DNA of 64,000 nt from Camelus ferus (taxonomy: Eukaryota), in NCBI RefSeq assembly GCF_009834535.1, contig NC_045696.1, positions 27,654,001 through 27,718,000 of the forward strand, written 5' to 3'. The notes under the pieces are model-generated. The model did not search any database. It worked only from the letters and a program-made list of their open reading frames with translations, and was not told the DNA's origin. Position numbers and translations under genes: made by a program. Positions 25,002-36,450 of this stretch are shown in pieces. Position 1 is the first letter of the stretch, and every line of letters starts with the position of its first letter.

Positions 25002-25739
25002 TGTAACTGAGCAGGACCCTATTGTCATCGGTGTCCAAATGGTATTTGTAACTGCTTAACTGTGTAGTAGTTTAAATGGCTTTTCTCATGCTTCTGCTGA
25101 CCAGGGTTAGGCTGGAGGGGAGGGGGGGTCTTGGATGATCTGCCCATTCCCCTCATTTTGCTCCCGACACTGCAGGAACAGCAGTCGAGTGTTTTGTGCA
25201 TCTTGTTCATAACTCACCCCAGCTGCGCATGTCTGCAGCTATCTTTAGCCCCTTACAGTTTCTTTGTATTCTGTTGTCCCAGCCTGTGCAAACACTGCCT
25301 CAAGAGGTCTCAAGCCTGCCTAGAATGCCAGAAGCATATATCAACCTGACTTTAAACTGCACAGGTTTTTCTCTTTTACAGACCCCTTTCCTCAGCACCT
25401 TCATTCTGGCCACAAGAATCTTAGAAGAGTTCCAAAACCGGAGGTGAGCATCATACCCAGAAGAAGAAAGGGGACTGCTGCATCTGCAAAAACAAGGATA
25501 ACTTTGCAACAAGCTGTTACCCTGTATGTGATCTCTATGGAAATACGCGGTCCCCTGGACTCTTACTATAAAACCTCCACTTTCTCTCTCTGGCAGGCTC
25601 AGAGCTTTGGAGGCATTAGCCCATTATGATCTCCTTTGCCTGGCAAAGAAATAAAGCTGCCTTTTCTACTTCATCTAGAACTCTGTCCTCGAGTCTCAGC
25701 TTGGTAGGTGGGGTACAGAGGCTGAGTTTCAGACCGTCA
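25002..25739 (+). mobile_element. ERV1-class LTR (artiodactyl type), solo or composite
   Basis: Starts TGTAACTGAGCAGGACCCT and ends ...gctgagtttcagaccgTCA. TATAAAA at 25567-25573 and AATAAA at 25650-25655 in the context cctggcaaagaaataaagct. No TSD seen. Confidence 0.7.
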
Positions 25740-27089
25740 TTGGACCTGCAACATTGCACAGGCTTCAACAGTGTTTGTTTGCTTGTTTTTTTCTTTAAGA
25801 TAGTAAGTGAATTAATGAATAACCAGAAATGCAACTCTCACTTAAATGATAGGCTTTAGTATACAAAACAACTGGAAAATACAAAACTTGCATTTTCTGC
25901 ACCACTATCATTGTCAGGAAAAAAAAAAACTGTATAAATTACCTCAAAATGCTATTTTACTCCATCTATCCCTAATATCTGTAAAAGCAAATAAAGCATT
26001 TTTCAATATAAAAGGAAGTCTTGAGTCATGAAATTATAGACATTCAAGGTTAGAAATAGGTCATTTGGACCCCCACAACAATCTTCCATCAGATACGTAG
26101 ATTCATCTGAACTTAGTGGTCATGGGCCTTCAGTGCTTTTCAACATAACCAATTCCAATTTTACAGTTAAGTCTTTGCTTTCATGTTAGTTTTTTTTTTT
26201 AAGCTGTTTTCTAAATCTCAATTCGATTTCTAATCTGTGGGGCACAGAACCAACGTCTCAACTGTGAAAGCCCCTTTCCCTCCGATGTCCTTTAAATGCT
26301 TGTGTTGTTCAGGGTGCTGTCTGTAGCTGTCTTCATCGCGGCTTCAACTATTTTTTACAAGATAATGCAGTTCTTTCACTTCTTGGTTAGATGTTCTACC
26401 AATGACCCAATCTTATCTTCCCTTGCTCAACTTCGTGAGCATTCCAGGAAACCTCACACCTTCCCTCACTGGACACTGAACTCATCGTCTTCTCCTCCAA
26501 CCGCCTTTTCCCCTATTCTCCCCAACTATGTTAAGAAAGTTATCACTCTGCTATATTTTTAATATTTTGCAATTCAGTGCAGTGTTAATATCTGTGGTTA
26601 AAACTGAACTCTGGCTTGTGGGCTTATTGTTTACAGTAGATTTTGCTACGTAGTTTTATTTTTATTTTTTTGGAGTGGGTTGTATGCCAAACTTAAACCT
26701 GTAGATGCACATATGTAAAACCACATATGGTTATATGTGTACCTACACAAAAATCATATAATATACACATCATTTAAGATATAGAACATACGAGTGGACC
26801 TTCTTGTAACAGTCTTACACAGATTTAATACAAGCAACAGCAGTGACAAAAAAGAAAAAAGATTTATAGCTTCTTTTACAATGGAAATTAAACTTTATCC
26901 TTAGAGATAACAATTTATCAAAGGTGGTACAACTTTCTTTAATGGTAAATTAAGTGGTAAATTTGAATTTTGTTATTCTATAACAATATCTTTATTGAGA
27001 TTTCCTCAACACCTATGTTAAAACATAATGGAAAATTTGAATTAGAAAAATCACGATATAGCAACCTCTGATAAAATAATCCATTCAGA

Positions 27090-27400
27090 CAAACATCACT
27101 GATGGATAATAAATCCATTTGGGTGAAAAGTGGTAGAGGAAAGCATATTTCATAGGGCCAGAAGTATCACCCCAGAGATTACTTGCTAACTGCACAGGGG
27201 GAAGTTTACTTTTATAATGGGTAGATCTGGCAGTTACTGCTTGAACTCAGTAACCAAACTTAGTATCATCAATAGTTGGTAACTAAAAGTGGACAGACAA
27301 TCGTGTGATACAACATACAGTCTCACCTATGAAGCATTCTTACTAACAATGCTTGCCCTGAATTTAATCAATACTTAAGATCCAACTTGAAATCAACAGA
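27090..27400 (+). mobile_element. L1MC-type 3'UTR fragment
   Basis: aagtatcaccccagagattacttgctaa, gatctggcagttac, tcacctatgaagcattctt, cctgaatttaatca. Confidence 0.6.
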
Positions 27401-29149
27401 AAAAAAAATATCCTTAGGGCACACATGTGAATTACCTTTAACTTACTTTGAAATGGTTCAGAAAAGTATGTTGAGAGCACTGCAGCAAATATGGCACATT
27501 ACTAACAACTAATCTATCGTGAAAAATATTCAAAAAAGTTCAAAGGATGGTGGATGAAGACTGAGTGGTCTAAAGCTTTCTCCATAATGTGCAGCAGAAA
27601 TTCATGCAGTGAAACTTCCCTTGCATTGGTGATATGTGTAAAACAGCTAATATTTTTGTAGCACAAAGGCTCATATTTGTACTACCTGTTCAGCCCATAT
27701 TTCTCTAACTTGCTCATTATACTATGGTGGTGTTACTTTGCGGAAATGTAGAGAGAAGTCCGTTTTTTAAATTCAGTTTTATTTATTTATTTTTAGCTTT
27801 TTAACTGAGCATGAAATTCACAGCTCAGAACATTAGAATTTTCACCTTTATTCTTCCTTTCTGTCATATTCAGTTATGTAAATATACATTACATATAATG
27901 GCTTCTTTTTTTGCCCTACTGTAAAGTGTCAAGCCAGTTTCTTTATAGATTTGCATTATCACTGTGCAGGGCTTTGGCATTAATTGACATTTTGAAGATG
28001 ACCATTAATAAAAGATTAGGGGAAAGCAAATGAATATAAACTACTATCAATATGAGAATTGTGTTCTACAAATTGGATCAATATACATTGATCCTTTCCC
28101 ACTAATCAAGAGGAATGCAGGGAATGGGTACTTTAAATGGAGTACTGAGAACATTTAATTAGAAACCCAGGCAATGAATTATAAAATTAAGTACAAAAAC
28201 TTTATTTGTGAAGCATTAAATTTATGTCACAATTTGACAAGTTCAAATCAAAGTTAAACCCAAACTTCTGCTTTCATCATGTGTGGTTAAAGTAATTATG
28301 GAAAATACATTATTATTTACGCCATGCTTTTGAACTGGGAATAAGGGGAGAAATGAGAGTTATATTTATAGAGACTAAGATAAAAAAAAAAATCAGTGAG
28401 TGCTTTTAGGAAGTATCTGCTTTAAAAAATTCAGAGAATGAAGCAAATAAAAAAATTCATTTACAATGAGGACTGAATGACTTTTCCAGAAGTCTATATG
28501 CTATAGAATATTAACTATGATATGTATCAAGTTCTAAAATTGTGCTACAAAATGTTGACTGAAACTTCATTTTTTAAGCAGCAATATGGTAACAGAGATA
28601 AAAGAATGTGTTACAACCATCTCCAATTTTGCTATTATAAGGAAAATCAAGGTTGCTTCCCTCTATTTCTTTCAAAGATAAAGGAAACAGGATTATTATG
28701 ATCCATGTGAATAATGATTTAATGATTATTAGAAAACTTGTTTAGATAAAGTAAACCAAAATGTTAAAATTGACATAAAATATATATTCAAATAAAAGTG
28801 TTAGTGAATGGATGGTTCTTCCTCAAGTTGAAGACTTTATCATCCAACACTGTTGAGAAGAAAGAAAAAATTCAGAGTGGTTTGGTATTTGACTGAACTA
28901 AAATAATCTCCATGATAAACTAGGTAATTGTAACCATGACCTGAGATGCTGGGATTGTATTAAATGAAAAAATAGACTTTATACAATGATCTCAAATTAA
29001 ATGTTAGTAATTTTTTTCTCATTTTCTGGTTTAGGCAATTAGACAACTGAATGAGTCATATGTGGAGAAACAAAAGTAAAAAACTGTACTAATTATCATC
29101 TCAAATAATATTTACACAATGCTTTATTTTATTGAATATGAACTATATC

Positions 29150-29375
29150 ATTTTATGTGTTTGCATATTTTCTCACATAATTTGTACAGCTCTATCCAGA
29201 TCATAGTCATCATCATGATTATGATCCACATCATCAATGTTCCCATTTTAGAGATGATGAAACTAAAGCTCAGAGAATTCCTTTCGCCTCTGTCATACAA
29301 CTAGGAAACAGTGAATTTGGAATTTGATTCCAAATGATTTCTGACTCCAAAGAACCAACTCTTTCCACTCTATGA
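29150..29375 (-). mobile_element. MIR SINE
   Basis: cccattttagagatgatgaaactaaagctcagaga...tctgactccaaag. Confidence 0.75.
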
Positions 29376-29684
29376 CATTTCACTGTACTTTCTTTGCTCA
29401 TCAATCTAATTCTAGGAACTGGATGGAATTTCAATAGAATATAGGCAATGGGACACCAGGTTAGTGATTCTTTTCCAGTTCCTGAGTACGAATGAGTAAT
29501 TTCACAAATCTGTTTCTGAACTTCATTAAGTACATCACATGGCTTCTTCCCTGTCTTCTTTTATAGATAAGATAAAAGAAAGCAGTTTATAAGGTACTTG
29601 GTTGTGTTTAAACTAGATATACAATAACATTATTAAAATAGGGTTTATTATTAAAATAAGGCTTTGCCCACATATTTTTATTTA

Positions 29685-29815
29685 TACTTATTTATTTAAC
29701 TGAAATATAGTAGATTTACAATGTTGTGTTAAGTTTCTGCATAGTGATTTAGTTAAACATATATACATTCTTTTTCATATTCTTTTTCATTATAGGTCAT
29801 TATAAGATATTGAAA
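29685..29815 (-). mobile_element. Short L1 3' end (artiodactyl type)
   Basis: tgaaatatagtagatttacaatgttgtgttaagtttctg...cattataggtcattataagatattgaa. Confidence 0.8.
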
Positions 29816-32059
29816 ATGTATTTTTCATTATATCAATTTGGAGACTAAACTACTAACTAAATAAAATCAAGATGAACTCAGATTCTTTTTGTTTTGGCAA
29901 TTACATTTTTTGCTGTTCTTTTAACAACAAAGATTTATGTCTTGGGATAAGCTTAAGGGCACTTAAAACAGTCATGACTTACTCATCTTAGTGTGCTTAA
30001 CCCTAGGAGAGTGCTAAAAGCAGAGTAGGTAATCAGTACATTTTTGCTGAATGATTGGATGAATCACTGAGGCACAATTTTGCTGGAGTCAAGTGTTTAA
30101 GATGGCGGTAACTTTTCTCAATGAATGAATTACCTCCTTTATTTAGGACTTTGTTATATACTTATCTACCTAAAGTTATAATCACTCTAAATTTAGTTCA
30201 AAACTGCATTATGATAAATTACTATTGCTGATGGAATACTATCTTTATCCCGTCCCCACTCGCCATGTAAACATATGCTCTAGGAAACAGAATCTTGTTT
30301 AACTTAAATCAGATGAGTGCTGTACTGGTGAAAGTTGTCCTTCTTGCATGATAAAGAGGGATGAGTTACAAATATCCACCTATGACAAGCCAGATATAAA
30401 GGAAAGTATAATACATGATGATAATTCTCAAAACTGAAAGAGGTTATAATATAAATAAACATGAAAGGTATTCAAATATTTCCAGGTAAGTGAACTGTAT
30501 TTTTGCTTCTATTAGCTCTCTCTGATTTGAGTAATTTTAGATATAGATATAGATATATCCTGATCTGAAAAAATGGAAAGGATTTTTCTGAGAGACTATT
30601 CTTGAAACTGAAGTAATTAAATACAAATTTGGAATTAATATTTGGTTTCCAATACCACATTCTATTTTTGAACTTGCAGAAGTGTTACAATTCTGAAAAA
30701 AAAAAATGGAAAAATAACTGCATGAAAATTCCCACGTACAATTTTGTTTGAGCTAATTTGTGGTAGATCCAGTCACATTAGGTCGATAAAATCTGATTCA
30801 GTAATAGAGACTTAAACCATATAAGCAAAAACAGAAAAAACAAAGATATATATTTCTTTATATGTCTCTATCTATTTATAAAAATTCTATTAACATAAAA
30901 TATACTCCTAGGAAGGTAAATGCATTAATGGATAAGCCTGCAACTCAGAAGAATACAAATGTCACCAGACGATGCTTTTAACTCATTTAAATTCAACTTA
31001 ATTTGACAAAACAAGATAAAGTGCCTTCTGTATGGAAATCATTCTATTGATGGAGAAATGCTCATAACTTTAAAACTATTTGTTTCCAGATCTCTTCTAG
31101 TGGAAACACTGACAAAGTAGAGCTCTTAAAATAATTGGGAAAATGAAGGTTCATCATGCTTTTTTTCTTTGATGCCTGGATGTTTGGTCTAAGAAAGTCA
31201 CGGAGGTTTTCATGGAAATAGTAAGTGATGACTATCCCTTTATAGAATGAGAAACTCAGCCAATTGTCCAGTTGAATCCTGCATTTATTCAAAATGCTCA
31301 AGTCAAATCATCAATTACCTCTGGTGTGACAGATACCTTGGTGGGACGGAATCTAATCTGCAGAGATTTGCTCCCTTGAACTTTATCTGTGAGAGTTAAT
31401 TTCCGGTCCATTTTACTAGTATTTCTGGCTCTCTCCGTCTGTTGACTTTTTTGTTATTCTCTCCACCCACTTTGCCCTGGTATTCAAGGGCTTTTCTTTT
31501 ATTGTGCTTAGCATCTGCTACTGTTCCACTCCCTTCCAGTCAAAGCATACGGTGACTTCAACACAGGCTAATTAAACGGTGCTTGAAGTTAGTTAACAGG
31601 TGGTGGCCCCAGCTGCCCTGCTTGCATGAACAGACACATCTCGCATTTTAAGGGCAGAAATGGCACAGCAGTAATACCTGTGTTAATGGCGTTCTCCTTC
31701 CGTAGCACTAACGTTATGTTGGGATACCAAGAAGAAATAGGGTCATTCCTCTTTCGTAGAGGGAGAAGTCTGGCTGTGGGCTATGGTGATCACATTTGAG
31801 ATTCTGAATAAAAACTCAGACCTCCTTATCTTTTTAATCAATGCTCTTTTTTCGTCATAGAATGGGTACATTTATTACCATTTCCCCCAAGTGTGTTAAT
31901 AAAGCACGTTTCCAATCACTACTGCTAGTTAACACATTGAGTGATATTCAAGTCAGAGCCATAGAAATTTGTTAAATTCAGTCAAAATACCAAAAAATTT
32001 ACTTAGCATTTTGGAATCACTGAAGCTAAGTTTGTTTTACTGTTTATTTAACTATTCAA

Positions 32060-32275
32060 TACAGTGTAGTGTTTAGGAATCACCAGCTGACTCTGTGAAC
32101 TTAGACAAGTTATTTTATCTTTTTAAATTTTTGCCTCAGTTTCTTCATCTACAAAATGTGAAATAATAGTACTGAGTTCATAGGAGTGTTGAGGATTAAA
32201 TCAGCAAATATTTGTAAAGATCTTACTATAGTCCCAGACACAAAGTAAGTCAGTAAATGTTAGCTATTATTATAA
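32060..32275 (+). mobile_element. MIR SINE
   Basis: tgcctcagtttcttcatctacaaaatg..gaggattaaat..taaatgttagctattatt. Confidence 0.85.
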
Positions 32276-35200
32276 TTCATCCAAATTAGGAATCGATTTT
32301 AAAAGGATCATTTAATAGTTCCTAATGAAAAAAATCCTACATATTTGCCTCTTGAAATGAGAAAAGACACATTCTATTTTTGTTTTAATGTGTCAGTTTT
32401 GAGTTTATATAGGGGAAAAGGTGCATAAGGCATCAGTTAAAATTCAAGAGAAAAATGGATTTTGAAAATTTGATTTTTCTCTAGCTATGTTCCATCATTC
32501 ACGCAGAACTCCCCACTAAATCATTCAGGAAGTATTTCCATGTAGACAGCATTTCATCTGAATGGCAGACCCCTTGAACTGCAGACTTTATTTTTAGTTT
32601 GCCTAATTGCCTTGTTGCTTTGTGCTGACAGGGATGAATTCACTCAATTTTATTTCTTGAGGGAAAAAACAACTCTTGATACTGAAATTACCCTACAGAT
32701 TTCCTCACTCTTAGGGGAACTTTTTTTCCCCCTTGCCCACTGCTGTTTCAGCTCCTGGCCTGCTTTTGCTGTCTCCTGCAGAGGGACAGAAACTGCTGGT
32801 GCTTTGGAAGGAGGTGGGGAAAGTCGGAAACATCTGCAAGTCGGGTCCAAGGTCACGTGACAACTGCCAGTTCCTCCTCAGCCTGCCCTCCCCCAGGTGC
32901 CTGGCCGGTCATGGCTGCCATCCATCTGCAACCATTCAGGGCATCTCTGAGGCAGCATTCACTCAGCTGCTAAAGGGACAAATTTCCTCCATAGCCTCTT
33001 CATTGTCTGCTTTTTCTAACCACAGTCACGGTTTTACGCTCTTCATTCTAATTGTGCTTTTGATTATTGGGGTCATTTTATGCCTTCAGCTTCCCCAAAG
33101 GTCACAGGGATTAGCTGTGTCCAATTGAGGAGCAGAGAGAGCCAAGGAGGCTTACTCCCATTCATCCCCCTCCATGGATTTCCCCTCCCTGTGAGAGCGA
33201 CAGCACTGCTTACTTTTTGTCTTTTTTCACTCTTGATATTTTCCTTGCGCCCATCCCCCACTTCTTAGAGAAGGCTGTTTGTCACCATCGTTGTGGAACA
33301 AGAGGTTTCACTGATGCAAATCCACACAGAAAGCAGGGAAGGTACCTCGGGCGCTCCTGATGGAATCAGCTTGCGCTTGATTCTTCCTTTATTGTTTCAT
33401 TTACTTAGCTCACAAGCATTCAACATTTCTATTTTATAGTCTAGCTGCATTTTAAAACAGCATTCCCCTTTTTTGCTATGTCCTGAGTGTAATCAATTCC
33501 AGACACATTACATATATACTATTGATAATAATTATATATGCTGTAATAACACCTACACTCACTATGTGTTTTTCTTTCCTCTGTTTTACTTTGCCGATTC
33601 TGACTTACCTTTGTGTTTTGTAGGCACCATTGCAGTATTCAGAGTATTTTGATTTGCATATTTGTTTTTTTAATGGGAAATTCTGCCAGTCTTTATTTTC
33701 ACAAGTAATTTCATAGTGAGATGGTATGTTTCACTTACTAATGTTGTTCCAAAAGAGACATTCTTATTGTAAATTAATGGAAATTCTTGAAATCTAAGAC
33801 AATAAGAGTAACTATTTTTAAGGAATGTGTATATGTGTATCCATGCAGAGGGAGTGAGGCTTCTGAACAATAAACACCCCCAAATAACCCTAAATACTTT
33901 AAAAGACATTAGGCCATTTATATCATTATTCATATTCAAGCAATAGTGGAGACAGTTTATTACATAAAAATATTTTCTGGGCACTAGTGCTGTTGGCTCA
34001 TGAAGAAGTCCATTCATTACCAATGGTCAACAGTTTAAAACACGGTAGGAGGCAGTCCTCAGTAGACTTTCCTTCTTACTAGGAATCAAATGACTAGTAA
34101 CTTTCTAGTTGGTAAGATTATTTGCTTGGCTCAGAAGAAGGATGTGATCAATTATGATCTTGTTCATCAAATAATATAGCTTCATACATAGAAATGCTTT
34201 TCAGAAACTGTACTACGCATTCACCTTCAGATATGAAGATATTGCACCAATTAATTTCCACCTTCTAAAGTCCCTGTTTCATGATTCATAATACATTGAT
34301 TTGTACATGTGGAAATATGCTCATTTGTAGATTCAGTGGCCTCTGAAATATTGCCTCACTTAACCTTTTCAAGCTTCATTCCTAAAACTTTGCATAAATA
34401 TTTAGAGTGGGGACAGCCAAAGCGAGTAGGAAATGTAAGATTTTTGTTTCCAATGATGCAGCTCTATGTGGATACTTTTGGTCAGCACATACATGGGAAA
34501 TGGATGGAAAGCTTAATATAGTAACCAATACTTTTTCTGTTGGTCTTTGTGACCATTTTTTAATAGAGGCAAGTATTTTTAAAGAAACACATTTTCCCGC
34601 AAAATGGGAAAGGGAACTGAAGTGCACAGATACGGAACAAAAATCTGCTGAGTTTTACATGTTGCCAGAATTAAGGTAACTATGCATGAATACTCTAGGG
34701 AAATTTTATAGAAATTATGAATAAATACTTTAACTCTTGCTGCTGGAGAAAGGGAAATGTAACTAGAGGAAAATCTCTATAATCTTTAATCTGTAACATT
34801 TGGCATTTGAAAATGTTCTAAGGCTTCAACATAAACCTTAAAACCATAATAGGGGGAGTCAGAAATGGACCTAAGATTAGCAATTTACATTTAAAAAATG
34901 AATGGCCAGTCTTGCACTAGTAGTAAATTAACATAAATAATTCAAACATCTAAGAATATTCTTTATTCTTGGATTTTTTGGGGGGATAAGACAAAACTAT
35001 TTATTTACATTAATGTTAAAATTTTATTTTTGGAATGTGTATTTCAATGCTTAAATATAATTATAAAACATCTTAATAGCTGGTAAACAAACTTGCCAGT
35101 AAGTATAAATCTTTCGTTAGTTATAAATTGCTTACTTAGTTATAATTCTGTAGCTTCCAGTGGAAAAAGTCTTTTAATTGTACATAATACTGCCAAAGAC

Positions 35201-35564
35201 AAATAGGTATAAAACATCATAGTGAATGAGAAAACACACACAATAGAAAATGTGCCAAAGTAGTTACACAATGTAGATAATTGACTGATCATTATAAAAA
35301 TGATAACAGCATGTTGTATGCCACAATAGAGAATAGAGATATTAATGTCAATCTTTTCATCAAGCATATGTGTGCTTAATTTGCTAGGTCCATAATAGTT
35401 ACATTATATATTCTTCTTGAAAAAAATATTGTACTCAGAAGGCTACTAAGTCATAACAAAAGTCATGCTGAATTCCATCATTGGAACTTTAAGCTCTACT
35501 GTGTTTTCTGGTGGAATCTGAGAAGCTTGGAAGCTCTAATTTTATGTTCAATAGATATTATTAA

Positions 35565-36200
35565 ATTAAATTTTTATTTTGAAAGAGTTGTATATTCACA
35601 TTCAGTTTTAAGGAATAATGTAGAAAGGTCTATCACATCTTTATCCTCATTTCCTCCAGTGGTAACATCTTGCAAAACTACAGTAGGATGCCACAAACAG
35701 GATGTTAACAATGATTTAAGCAAGATAAAAGACATTTCCATCATGGTGCCTTGCCACTCTGCCCCTCCTTATCCTCTGGCAATCCCTAGTCTGTTCTCTT
35801 ATCTATAACTTTAACATTTTGAGAATGTCTTACAAATGAAATCATACAATACGTAATTTTTTGAGAATGACATTCTTTCCATCAATGTAATTTTCTAGCT
35901 ATTCATTCTGGTTGATGCATCTATCAAGAGTTCATCCCTTTTAATTACCGTGTAGCATTCCACGGTATGGTATATGAAAGCTTGTTTAACCACTGACCAA
36001 CGGAGGTATATCTTGGTTGTTTCTAGTTTTGGTCTATTATAAATAAAGCTGCTATAAAGATTTGTGTATAGGTTTTAGTGTAAACATAAGTTTTCATTTC
36101 TCTGGGATAAATGCCTAGGAGTGCATTGCTGGGGCGTATGATAATTGACATTTAGTTTTTAAAGAAATTGCCGAATTGTTTTTCAGAGTAGCTGCATAAT
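35565..36200 (-). mobile_element. Old L1M (L1MB/MC-like) 3' region
   Basis: tggtaacatcttgcaaaactacagta, cctctggcaatccctagtctgttctc, aataaagctgctataaa and ttttcatttctctgggataaatgcctaggagtg in reverse L1 orientation. Confidence 0.8.
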
Positions 36201-36289
36201 CAGTCAGTTTTAAAAGGCATACATGTATTCACATGGAAGAAATGTTTCTGTGGCATTATGATTAGGTTAAAGTTAAACCTTTAAGAACT

Positions 36290-36450
36290 CTTTCCTTTCC
36301 TCCCGCCCCCTCTCCTACCCTCCTCCTCTCTTTCACTTCTCTCTCTCTGCCTTTTCCCTTCCATCCCCTCTAGTTTTTTCCTTCTTTCCTTCTTTCTTCC
36401 CTTCCTTCCTCCCTCCCTTCTTTTTCTCATTTCTTGTTGCTTCTTTCTTC
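36290..36450. repeat. Polypyrimidine/polypurine low-complexity tract
   Basis: About 160 nt almost exclusively C/T on the + strand. Confidence 0.85.

Noticed and set aside
32733..33128. 131-aa ORF with a transmembrane-like hydrophobic stretch
   Set aside because: It starts at TTG, is antisense to ROBO1, and has no recognisable family or splice evidence. Hydrophobic runs arise readily from T-rich DNA.
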